Positions 1 through 11,372 of a stretch of DNA of 64,000 nucleotides are shown piece after piece. Every line of letters starts with the position of its first letter. Within the stretch, counting starts at the first letter, position 1. Source of the stretch: the human T2T-CHM13v2.0 reference genome, Homo sapiens; assembly GCF_009914755.1 (NCBI RefSeq), contig NC_060933.1. One strand, written 5' to 3'. The notes under the pieces were generated by a model. The model ran no database searches. It had not been told where the DNA came from and was given only the letters and a program-made list of their open reading frames with translations. A program made the position numbers and the translations under genes.

Positions 1-699
1 ATGCCCATAGCCTCCAGGCTGGTGCCTGGTGGGCCAGGAGGCTGACTCAGGCCTGTTGGATGCCAGAGCTCTGCCCATGCACCAGGCCGCCATCCAAATG
101 ATGGGCCCACGCCCCCAGGGCAGCAGTGGGGCTGTGCAGGAGGGAAAGTGCTCTACCCCTGTGTGATCCACAGCTGGGAGCAACTGATCTGCTGAGGCTA
201 TGCTGAGTCTAGGCTCGAGGAGGGCAAGGCCGTTGAACGTGCACAAGCGGCACGCCAGCTTTTGCCAGAGCATGTGTGTGAGTGTCCAGAGTCCCTTGCA
301 AAGTGTTCTGAGACCTGGGCTTCGGGCGGGGTTTTCTCACTAAATGCTTCTGGCAGCTTCTTCTGATCTTATTTTAATCTTCTGGGGCTTTGGTGCTGGG
401 GTCACGCAGTGCAATTCAGAGGATCAGACACTCCAATTCCTAGGCAGCAAGGGTCAGGCATTTGGGGTAGAGACTGTCTACCTAGCTAGCATGGCCTACA
501 GAAGTTTTCCTTGTCCAGAAGGATTCGGACACATGTTTGAATGCCAGTCACATGTTTCTCTGGGTCCCTCAGAATCAGATGTCCGGGAGTCCAGTTCTGG
601 TGAGGGTATAAGGTGGTACAATTCTTCAGAAAGTTATATAGCAATATGGAGCAGAAATCTTCTTACAACTGGTTAAGGGTAAAGGCTTTTGGTCTTAAC

Positions 700-895
700 A
701 AGGCATGTTTGAGGCTCAGGTCTGCTACTAACTAGCTGTGTGACCAAGGGCAGTGACAATCTCTTGAAGTCTCAGCTATTTCTATAAAATAGATCTCATA
801 AGACCTCCCCCTACATATTTCTTGTGAGGATTCAATGAAATGGTGTATGTAAAGTGCTTAGCACATTCCCAGTTAATGGGAGTTGTCAATAATTC
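700..895 (+). mobile_element. MIR SINE
   Basis: MIR core actagctgtgtgacc...tctcag...gtgaggattcaatga...gtaaagtgcttagcaca; boundaries approximate. Confidence 0.75.
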
Positions 896-902
896 CGTTT
901 CC

Positions 903-1193
903 TTTTTCTTTTTTTTTAGAGTCTCACTCTGTTGCCCAGGCTGGAGGGCAGTGGCATGATCTCTGTTCCCTGCAAACTCTGCCTCCTGGGTTCAAATGAT
1001 TCTCCTGCCTCAGGCTTCCGAGTAGCTGAGATTATAAGTGTGTGCAACCAAGACCGGCTGATTTTTGTATGTTTAGTAGAGACGGAGTTTTGCCATGTTG
1101 GCCAGGCTGGTGTCGAACTCCTGACCTCAAGTGATCCACCCACCTTGGCCTCCCAAAGTACTGGGATACAAGCATGAGCCACCGTGCCCAGCC
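903..1193 (-). mobile_element. Alu (S/J)
   Basis: Poly-T followed by reverse Alu consensus ending gtgcccagcc. Confidence 0.95.
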
Positions 1194-1968
1194 TAGAATA
1201 AGGATATTTACCCTGGCATTTTTTATATTAATGAAAACCTGGAAAGGATCTAAAGATCCAGTATGAGGGCAATAGTTAGGCAGACCATGAGCATACACAC
1301 AATGAGATCCTCTGCAGTCACAGACAATAGGGGTTACAGAGACACACGGAACAAGTCCACATGCTGGCATATTGCAAGGAAGTTGCAGCTCTATAAAAGA
1401 CATGCAGGATAAAGACTGGGCATGGATCTCCAGGAATGCTAATATGTAGTGGAATGAAAGTAATGGGATTCAGAATGAATTTGTCTCTTTTCCCTAACAT
1501 TCCAGATTGTCTATCAGGCTACCGGGTAATTTTTACAAACCAAAAATTACCTGAAAAGAGCAGATTTTGCACGGATCTGGCCAGAGAAGTGAGCTGGGCA
1601 GCAGCCCTGGGCCCTGGTGGCTGAGTTTGGACCCTTCTTACTTAGTACAGTGGAACTTCAAATAACCAGGATGCAGCCAGTCAAGACCCTCGTGTGACTG
1701 GAGAGTGTTCAGTGTCTCACCCATTAGGAGACAAGGTGTGCAGTCGAAAGCACTTGGCTCTGCATGCAGGTTGTCAGGAGGGGCACCTCAGATCCACAAC
1801 CAGCTGCAAGCCCCTTAACCCTTAAGACTCAGAAGACAGCCCTACATCTGGGCTGTGAAGATTAAACAGGTGGCAGATGCCTGTAATTATCTCCCTCCAT
1901 ACTCTCAGCAACTCTGTGAGGGCCAGTGCCCCAGCCCCTACTGCCACTTCCCAGCAGGGAACAAATGA

Positions 1969-2835
<867 letters not shown>

Positions 2836-3105
2836 GTGGCCTGCTTTTAATAGGAGGGGAGCTGTGAACCTCACTGTGCTCACTGCCGTAGCCGTCGTCC
2901 CCACCAGTCAGAGAAGCACGTGAGGATAATTAGGTCTTAACAAAAAGCCTGGAGAGTAGAGAAGAATGGACCAGGCTTCTGTCATCAGACAGCCGATCCT
3001 ACCATTTTCTGGCCCTGAGAAACCTTGGGCAAGTTATGAAAGTCTCTCTGAGCCTCAGTTTTTCTGTCTGTTCAATGGGAAAGCTACCACCTACCTTTGA
3101 CAATC

Positions 3106-3276
3106 TTTTTTATTTTATTTTTTGAGATAGGGTCTCGCTCTGAGGCCCAGGGTGGTGTGCAGTGTCATGATCTCAGCTCACTGCAACCTTCAACTCCCCA
3201 GGGCTCATGCAATTCTCATGCCTCAGCCTCCCGACTAGCTGGGACTACAGGTACACGCCACCATGCCCGGCTAATA
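3106..3276 (-). mobile_element. Alu right-arm fragment (AluJ/FRAM-like)
   Basis: ttttgagatagggtctcgctct...ccatgcccggctaat. Confidence 0.85.
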
Positions 3277-3705
3277 CCTCTGACAACCTTAAGGGATGTT
3301 GGTGAATGTCATTCCTCTTTCCTTCCCCAAGAAGAAACACTCAGGCACCAGTGCACATGGTTTCTTTGGCGGTGAGAAGACTGAACAGATCCGGTTCCCA
3401 ACTCCAGCCTTCAGGGAGCCAGAGAGGAAGGGTGGCCTGCTGGGCAGGCCATCATCTCATTTTAGGATGTGGAGCTGTCTCTCTGGGCAAAGCCAGACTA
3501 AAGATGAACCCTGAAGGGCCCCGTTCCAAGGACAGCATCAGAATGTCATGGAGAGAATGAAATCAAGAATTCTGAATGCTGGCCTGGCCACTTTTCAACT
3601 GGGTGACCTTGGGAAGACTGGTCAAATCCACATTCTGGGCCTGAGCTCCCACTCGGGAAGAAACGATGCTAGCCCAAGAGGGCCTAGAAATCAATGGGTG
3701 CTCCA

Positions 3706-3724
3706 CCGCGCCCCCTGCTGACTG
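3706..3724 (-). promoter_or_regulatory. Candidate CTCF motif (CAGTCAGCAGGGGGCGCGG)
   Basis: Close match to the CTCF core CCASCAGGGGGCGC, with retained CpGs in non-repeat sequence. Motif match only. Confidence 0.5.
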
Positions 3725-4327
3725 GTGTCTGACCCACAGCCTCTCATGCAGGATCCCTCCTACCCCGATCCCTGCCCCACGGAAGCCCCTGGGCGTCACA
3801 TCAGCTGTGCTCTGAATAGTAATGGAAGTAGCCAGTACTTCTTGAAGAGATTTAGTAACTGAATATTAACCAAGTAATGTTACCTGAAAAGTAAAGGGAA
3901 TGTTTCCCCCACAAATCTTCAAAAAAGTCTTCTTCCAATTGCCAACGGCCAGTTTTAAGGGACTAGGAAACCTATCATTGATTCAGAAAGAAAATTTGAC
4001 ACAGGAAAATTTCATTTTGGGAAAATGCAAGTCAACCAAGAGTCAGCATGGGGACTCCCTTTTAAGGCCTCCTTTAAAAAAATCGTCCGTGCTTGCGCCT
4101 AGTAGGTTTTCAAAGATACTTGCTGAATGAATGAATGCACGAATGGACAGATGGAATGATGGAGGGATGGACATCAGCTGGGAAGGAAGAAATGAACTTC
4201 AGGGGTGGACTGGCCAGAGAGTGGCTGGCTAGTGTTTCTGGGCCCTGATGAGTCCCAGGATGCTCAGCTACTCCAGGAGACAGTCTTACTCTTAATCAGC
4301 CCCATCTTGCTGTCCACAAAGCTGGTT

Positions 4328-4594
4328 ATTTTATTTTTGAGACAGAGTCTCACTCTGTTGCACAGGCTGGAGTGTGGTGGTGTGATCTCAGCTCACGGCA
4401 GCCTCCGCCTCCTGGGTTCAAGTGATTCTCATGCCTCAGCCTCCCGAGTAGCTGGAATTACAGGGGTGCGCCACCACACTCGGCTAATTTTTGTATTTTT
4501 AGTAGAGACGGGGTTTCGCCATGTTGCCCAGGCTGGTCTCGAACCCCTGACCTCAGGTGATCCGCTCGCCTTGGCCTCCCAAAGTGCTGGGATT
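4328..4594 (-). mobile_element. AluS (slightly 5'-truncated)
   Basis: Reverse Alu ending cccaaagtgctgggatta. Confidence 0.93.
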
Positions 4595-5345
4595 ATTTAA
4601 TGTGCAATTGGAAGTGAGAGTTGGGGCAAGAAGTCAGGAGGAATGAATCTCTCCTCTCCACTTCAAAGATCCTGCATCCCCTTCTGCTGCCCCAGTCTTC
4701 TAAGTTTCCCAAGCACTTTGATATTCCCAGTGGAGATGAAGATCTGTGATTCAAGAAAACCCAGGCCAGATTAAAGGGCCAGGCACCAAGTCCGTGTGCC
4801 CAACACGGAACCACCACCTGACAAAGGCCCATTAGGATCGGGCCCCTGCTGCCAGCCTGGCTTCTCACATCTCCCAATACAATGCCGACAGATTGGTGGA
4901 GCCGGTTTCTTCCCCCTCCCCCGAACAATATTTTATGAGGAGTCTGTTTTATTAAAATATTTTCCGCTGGATGCTTCCTGTGTTTCAAGAAGTTGGTCCT
5001 GCCAGCTGGAGCTGATGACAGTTGAGAAAAACACATCCAAGTGCTGTTGTGACATGGCATTTGGAAGGGGCGGAGCACAGTGGGGGGGTGGGGAAGCAGC
5101 ATGGGAAGAGGCGTAGAAAAACACCCGGGTTGCACTAGAAATACCACTGGTATTATGGGAGAACAACTTCCCCTTCCTCGTTAAACAAACGTGAACAGAA
5201 ACCCTTGGAATGATGTCCTGAAACGTACCCCTCTGTCTCCTTGTGGGCCCGAGCCACTGTGACGTACGCTCACAGAAAACCTGTCATTTGTTTTCTATCA
5301 CTGGTAGTTTGCCAACCACCAAACTGGCTCCCATGCTCCCACTGG

Positions 5346-5351
5346 TTTATT
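5346..5351 (-). terminator. AATAAA poly(A) signal of the V2 last exon (cleavage expected near 5325-5335)
   Basis: tttatt on the + strand, about 200 nt downstream of the V2 stop codon. Confidence 0.7.
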
Positions 5352-5549
5352 TCAACCCCAAATATTTTCCAACAGAAGTAGAAAACAGGGCATATTAAAC
5401 AAACAACAAACCAACCAACCAACAAAACTAAAAGTGATACTGACACAGTTCAGGTGATAAGCAGGAAAATGGGATTATCAGACACCGGCTCTTTGGCACA
5501 CACTGCGAAGTCAGCCCCTCTGCCCAGTCTGGAAAAGCAACGGCGTAAG

Positions 5550-5652
5550 TCAATGTGATGAAGAGGTCCAGCCTCTCGTCGGGAACTTGGCCGCAAAATG
5601 GGTAATGCTTTTCTGTAGGATGTGGAGTGTAGCTGGTGTTGCAATGGTGTTT
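5550..5652 (-). CDS. DENND1A: DENND1A.V2 alternative last exon 20A (coding part), (Q)NTIATPATLHILQKSITHFAAKFPTRGWTSSSH*
   Basis: Acceptor ttacacag|A, phase 2 matching the exon 20 donor; 33-aa tail recognised as the V2-specific C-terminus; TGA at 5552-5550. Confidence 0.93.
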
Positions 5653-5973
5653 CTGTGTAATGCAAGAATATTCTGGGTTTACATCTCAATATCAACAGGC
5701 CTGTGACCCTGTATCCTGGTACAGTGTCTAAAAGGTTTAGTCCAGTTTTAAAGAGGGGACTTCAAAGAAATGTGACAAATTTCATCCCCTTAAGGAGGAA
5801 TCTTTAGTCCGAGGCACTCAGGTGCCATGCAGCGTTCTCTCCATAAGGGGGCAATCATAATCCATCCCTCATGTTCCCACCAGGCTATTGTGCAGAGCAA
5901 AAGTTAAACTTAACCCAGCTTCAGGAGTCCTCTCTTCCAAATGTCTAATAACTGAGCATCCTTGTGTGCAAGC

Positions 5974-6013
5974 GCACACGTGCACACACACACACACACA
6001 CACGCACGCACAC
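5974..6013. repeat. Compound (CA)n microsatellite, read as (UG)n in the pre-mRNA, about 330 nt upstream of exon 20A
   Basis: gcacacgtgcacacacacacacacacacacgcacgcacaca. Confidence 0.9.
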
Positions 6014-6264
6014 ATATAATTCCGGAACTTTCTGGGCAAAGTCTGAGGGCTGTCTGGGTGGGCTGGTTCCTTAAAGACCGTACCCTCGCTATCAACCAGA
6101 AAATCCTGGAGAGCTGAAGTGAACTGCAACTTGGGTTAGGCCCCAGCTTGACAGCTCGAAATCATTTTTTTTCCTTCTTGCTCCAACTCTGACTGGGACC
6201 TGCCATGTCCCTTACCTTCTTTCCCATTTTCTGAGAGCCAGACAGACATGGGGGCCTCCCCCTT

Positions 6265-6343
6265 TCCACCCAAAGGACTTCAGGATCCCTGGGGTAGTTT
6301 TTCTGACTCCTCCAACAATCCTAGACCAAGACGAACTCATGCA
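6265..6343 (-). ncRNA. MIR601: pre-miR-601 (79 nt); mature miR-601 UGGUCUAGGAUUGUUGGAGGAG at 6328-6307
   Basis: Reverse complement TGCATGAGTTCGTCTTGGTCTAGGATTGTTGGAGGAGTCAGAAAAACTACCCCAGGGATCCTGAAGTCCTTTGGGTGGA matches the recalled MIR601 precursor, known to be intronic in DENND1A. Confidence 0.9.
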
Positions 6344-7141
6344 CTTTTTCAAGGCATCACAGGAAGTCAGCGTGTAGCCGCTGAGTTGTCTGGATAGAGA
6401 CTGAGGGCTGTGCTCCTTTTGCGGACAAAGGGAAGCAGTGCTACCTTCTGCAGATGGCTCTGGTCTGGACTCGGGGCTATCTGCAGCCTTCTGCCTCACC
6501 CCACCACAGGCAGGTCCACTTCAGTCCACTGCTTGTCTTTCTGCCCCCCTCATTCACTTCATCTACCCCACGCCTCCTGAGCAGGTGACTCTAGGCCAGT
6601 CCTACGGGAGGTGCTGGGCATAACACCCAGGGAGCTCCGCGTCTCAGGGAGATGGGTAAGAAAAACCACAGTAACATAAATCCTCCGGCACAGGTGGGCA
6701 AAGGGTCCTGGTGGGGCTGGGGCAGTGGATGAGGGCAGTCCTGTATATAGGTTCTCGGCCATGGAGGCCTAGGAAGGTGGGTGGATCCAGTTCAACACTT
6801 GGCCTCCTTCACCAGGTTCTAACCCTCACCTACTGACTCGGCATCTTCAGCACAAGAGGCCTAGGACCTTCTTCTGAACCCAGCAAAGTATGCTTTGGAC
6901 CCCACCCCTCGAAATCCAGCCCAAGTGCCCGGCTCCCTGGCCTCTGGGGCCTCCCACTGGTGTGACAACCAGACCGAGTAAAAGATCAAGTCCTGTTCCC
7001 TGAATGACCCCTTTGTGAAACACCCGCTGGGAGCCCCGGGGAAGCCTCACAAAGGCCGGGGCTACACGCTTGGGCTTCGCAAAGTGCTGGCTCCGCAGAC
7101 ACAGGGTTCTTACAGACAGAGGGGAGAGGCACAATACTCAC

Positions 7142-7230
7142 TGCTCAGGGCTCGGCACAGACGTCCTCCGGCCTTCCACTGCGATGTTGCTCTTTGGTCT
7201 CTTAACAACATGTGGACGAGGTGGGCGCAC
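7142..7230 (-). CDS. DENND1A: DENND1A coding exon (exon 20), VRPPRPHVVKRPKSNIAVEGRRTSVPSPE(Q)
   Basis: Acceptor cctctag|GTG, donor CA|gtgagt; 89 nt, phase 0/2. Confidence 0.96.
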
Positions 7231-8246
7231 CTAGAGGAGGTACAGGGGGAGAGCCCCAAGAAGGAGTGAGTTGGAAAAGCCATACAGGTACATTCTGAAC
7301 ATTTGGATAAACGGCCCCCCCAAAAAACGTTTAGGGATTTTCAAAGCTACAGGCTACAAAAGCCCAGCCTATCACAGAAACATCACCATCTAATAGGCAG
7401 CAGACAGACACATTAACTGGAATTCTGTGGCCTATTCAAATCAGAAGGGTGCTCCTGGAAAGCTCGGTTTCTTCATCTGCAAGATGAGGATAGCTCCATT
7501 GGCCTCCTTGCAGGGCTGTGGTGAGGGTCCAATGAGATGATGTCTACATAGGACCCGGAACAAAGAGGCCCTTATCAATGACAATTCCCTCTCATCTTCC
7601 TCTGATGCCCAGAAGCTGGTTTTGTAGAAAGAAAAGGTTGCGCTTACACTTGTTTTTAGGGTGAACATGCTTAGTTTGCTCTTTTTACAACAGAATCACA
7701 GGGTGCTTATTTTCCTCTCTAAATAAGAGAGGCATGAGAGAGTGCCACTACAAATCGTCTTTCTGCTTCCCAGAGCATCCCTGTGCTAGTCCTCCCAGCA
7801 GGGTTCAGCCTGGATGCTGCCCATCTTGTGTAGCTACATGCACTGAGCAGACCTAGTGGGAGGGTCTGCAGTGGGCACATCAGGAAGGACCCAACTTCCT
7901 AACCCCACAGCTGCTGCAGCAGCGGGATGGGTTTTTCTGACCCGCTGTCTCTGAAAGCGAACATGAGGGCCCACAGAGAAAGACACCCTCATCCCCTGCC
8001 AGAGTTCGTGATGGATGTTAGGCTGAGAATTTCTAGGTGCCCTTAGAAGGATACTCATTTGGTCCAGTCGACATTACATGGCTTTAAATTTGGCATGGCC
8101 ATCTCTGTACACTCCCAGTGCCCGAGAGGGATGGGTTGAGAGCTAAGCTGAGAAAGTCTATCTCTGAATTTCATTGCTGATAAAAACAACCGAGCCTGCC
8201 GGGGCAGGGGGCTTGCTTTCTCCACGGATGGGATGCCACAACTGCT

Positions 8247-9919
8247 GAGTTTCCAGGACAAGACAGGGAAGGGAAGCAGGCACACACTCCACCTCCTGCC
8301 CACCCTTTGAGTTTCCAGGACAAGACAGGGAAGGGAAGCAGGCACACACTCCACCTCCTGCCCACCCTTTGAGTTTCCAGGACAAGACAGGGAAGGGAAG
8401 CAGGCACACACTCCACTTCCTGCCCACCCTTTGAGTTTCCAGGACAAGACAGGGAAGGGAAGCAGGCACACACTCCACTTCCTGCCCACCCTTTGAGTTT
8501 CCAGGACAAGACAGGGAAGGGAAGCAGGCACACACTCCACTTCCTGCCCACCCTTTGAGTTTCCAGGACAAGACAGGGAAGGGAAGCAGGCACACACTCC
8601 ACTTCCTGCCCACCCTTTGAGTTTCCAGGACAAGACAGGGAAGGGAAGCAGGCACACACTCCACTTCCTGCCTACCCTTTGAGTTTCCAGGACAAGACAG
8701 GGAAGGGAAGCAGGCACACACTCCACTTCCTGCCCACCCTTTGAGTTTCCAGGACAAGACAGGGAAGGGAAGCAGGCACACACTCCACTTCCTGCCCACC
8801 CTTTGAGTTTCCAGGACAAGACAGGGAAGGGAAGCAGGCACACACTCCACTTCCTGCCCACCCTTTGAGTTTCCAGGACAAGACAGGGAAGGGAAGCAGG
8901 CACACACTCCACTTCCTGCCCACCCTTTGAGTTTCCAGGACAAGACAGGGAAGGGAAGCAGGCACACACTCCACCTCCTGCCCACCCTTTGAGTTTCCAG
9001 GACAAGACAGGGAAGGGAAGCAGGCACACACTCCACCTCCTGCCCACCCTTTGAGTTTCCAGGACAAGACAGGGAAGGGAAGCAGGCACACACTCCACTT
9101 CCTGCCCACCCTTTGAGTTTCCAGGACAAGACAGGGAAGGGAAGCAGGCACACACTCCACTTCCTGCCCACCCTTTGAGTTTCCAGGACAAGACAGGGAA
9201 GGGAAGCAGGCACACACTCCACTTCCTGCCCACCCTTTGAGTTTCCAGGACAAGACAGGGAAGGGAAGCAGGCACACACTCCACTTCCTGCCCACCCTTT
9301 GAGTTTCCAGGACAAGACAGGGAAGGGAAGCAGGCACACACTGCACTTCCTGCCCACCCTTTGAGTTTCCAGGACAAGACAGGGAAGGGAAGCAGGCACA
9401 CACTCCACCTCCTGCCCACCCTTTGAGTTTCCAGGACAAGACAGGGAAGGGAGCAGGCACACACTCCACCTCCTGCCCACCCTTTGAGTTTCCAGGACAA
9501 GACAGGGAAGGGAAGCAGGCACACACTCCACTTCCTGCCCACCCTTTGAGTTTCCAGGACAAGACAGGGAAGGGAAGCAGGCACACACTCCACTTCCTGC
9601 CCACCCTTTGAGTTTCCAGGACAAGACAGGGAAGGGAAGCAGGCACACACTCCACTTCCTGCCCACCCTTTGAGTTTCCAGGACAAGACAGGGAAGGGAA
9701 GCAGGCACACACTCCACCTCCTGCCCACCCTTTGAGTTTCCAGGACAAGACAGGGAAGGGAAGCAGGCACACACTCCACTTCCTGCCCACCCTTTGAGTT
9801 TCCAGGACAAGACAGGGAAGGGAAGCAGGCACACACTCCACTTCCTGCCCACCCTTTGAGTTTCCAGGACAAGACAGGGAAGGGAAGCAGGCACACACTC
9901 CACTTCCTGCCCACCCTTT
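8247..9919. repeat. VNTR/minisatellite, 27 copies of a 62-bp unit (GAGTTTCCAGGACAAGACAGGGAAGGGAAGCAGGCACACACTCCACYTCCTGCCCACCCTTT)
   Basis: Period 62; 1673 bp = 27x62-1. Twenty T-type and seven C-type units (1, 2, 12, 13, 19, 20, 24); single private variants in units 7 and 18; 1-bp deletion in unit 20. Confidence 0.98.
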
Positions 9920-11297
9920 TTCCTGAACATCGTACCCCCCACCCCCCAGAAGCTTGTGGGTGACACGGCACGGTGGCTTAGGGACACAGATGATAGAAGC
10001 TGGCTGCATAAAAGACAAGTCTTTACAGAGTCTTGTCAAGCCCTCAGGTCTGCGCACGTCTGATCTAACCAAAGTTTTTCCTGTGGAGTGGCCAGTCTGA
10101 TCTCAGACAGGTTTGGCATATCAGGGATGTGGTAAACACCAAAGGCATTCCACCAAACTGGCTGTCTTCATCTGTGGGGTGATTGTGAAGCCCGGATACA
10201 GGGAAAGTCCCCCCAAGGGGTCTGGTACACAATGGGGGCTCAATAAATGCTCATCCTGCTCCTCTGTGACCTGGATGTCCCTTCTTGTCAACAACAAAAG
10301 GAAGACGATGAGTGGGTGTCTCTGAATTAGAAGATGAGTTTTAGGATTCTCTTACCCCTGCCTCGCATTCTGTGGACTGCCTGGTATGTCATGGTCGCTC
10401 AGCAAGATTTTTAGAAACGAATGAATGTTGCTGCTCGGAATCTGAGAAGTGCATAATGACGCTGCGAGTATCATCGTGATTAGAGCTGGGCCTGCCACAC
10501 AGCTCACATTCAGTCAACACGTGCTGAATAAACAAGTGGGTATCCCTGCACCCCTTCTGACTCTGCACTGGTTTCCCCAGCTCTGGCAGCTGGTCAACAG
10601 GGTCACCTGGCTGGAATGATCCCCACCCCCAACTTCTGCCCACAAAAGCAGGAGTGTGGGTAGGGTGAAGGAGCAGTTCTGCCCCTGCCCCGCGGGGCCC
10701 CGGGGCAGAGCTTTCAGGAAAGGTCAGACTTTAAGGCCTGTCAGCTCATCCTTGCACAGGGCTGCTCCTTGCTACAATAAAGGCGGGTTAAGAATGTGAA
10801 CTTGTGGCTGAAATGGGGGGATTAAGTTTGTGGCAACTTCAACTGAACTTGCAACGTGGTGAAACATGGGGAAAAAGAACAACAGAGCTAATTAGACGAG
10901 CTGAGCTGTCAGAGTGCCGCTGAATGGCTCAGCGCCAACAAACAAAAGGAATGGGTTGGCAATCAGCGGGATCGGTGGAGGAGACTGCTTCATTAGGGAT
11001 GATAAAACAGACAGAGCAGGGGGGGAGGGGCGGGGGGGTGGGGAGCACGGAGCTGGAGCCTCGGAGGCTGGGGAGGGAGAGAAAGACACGCCAGACCCAG
11101 AGGCGGTTGGTCACCAGCATGGCTGCCGACCCACCCAGAGTCACACACACCTGACTAGTGTGGACAAAGCCAGACACAAAATTACACTCACAGACCTGAC
11201 CATCCCGAGATACATCGAGGCCTCCAGACTTCCGTGTACACACTATCTCACAAATACACACTCACAGAGGCACGCGCAAGAGGTGAAGGCACACGTA

Positions 11298-11372
11298 TGA
11301 CTCACACACTCACACACACACCCCCTCACACACACACGGTGGCAGACCACAACCAGGCACAGACACACACAG
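11298..11372. repeat. Degenerate (CA)n tract
   Basis: ctcacacactcacacacacaccccctcacacacacac...cacagacacacacagac. Confidence 0.75.

Noticed and set aside
5450-5695. 81-aa minus-strand ORF over exon 20A
   Set aside because: Wrong frame. The phase-2 splice from exon 20 gives the NTIATPATL... frame.
8055-10072. ORFs of 638, 609 and 466 aa suggesting a novel repeat protein, or a CRISPR-like array
   Set aside because: All arise from a stop-free 62-bp VNTR read in rotating frames, and the called starts are GTG/TTG. There are no unique spacers, so it is not CRISPR.
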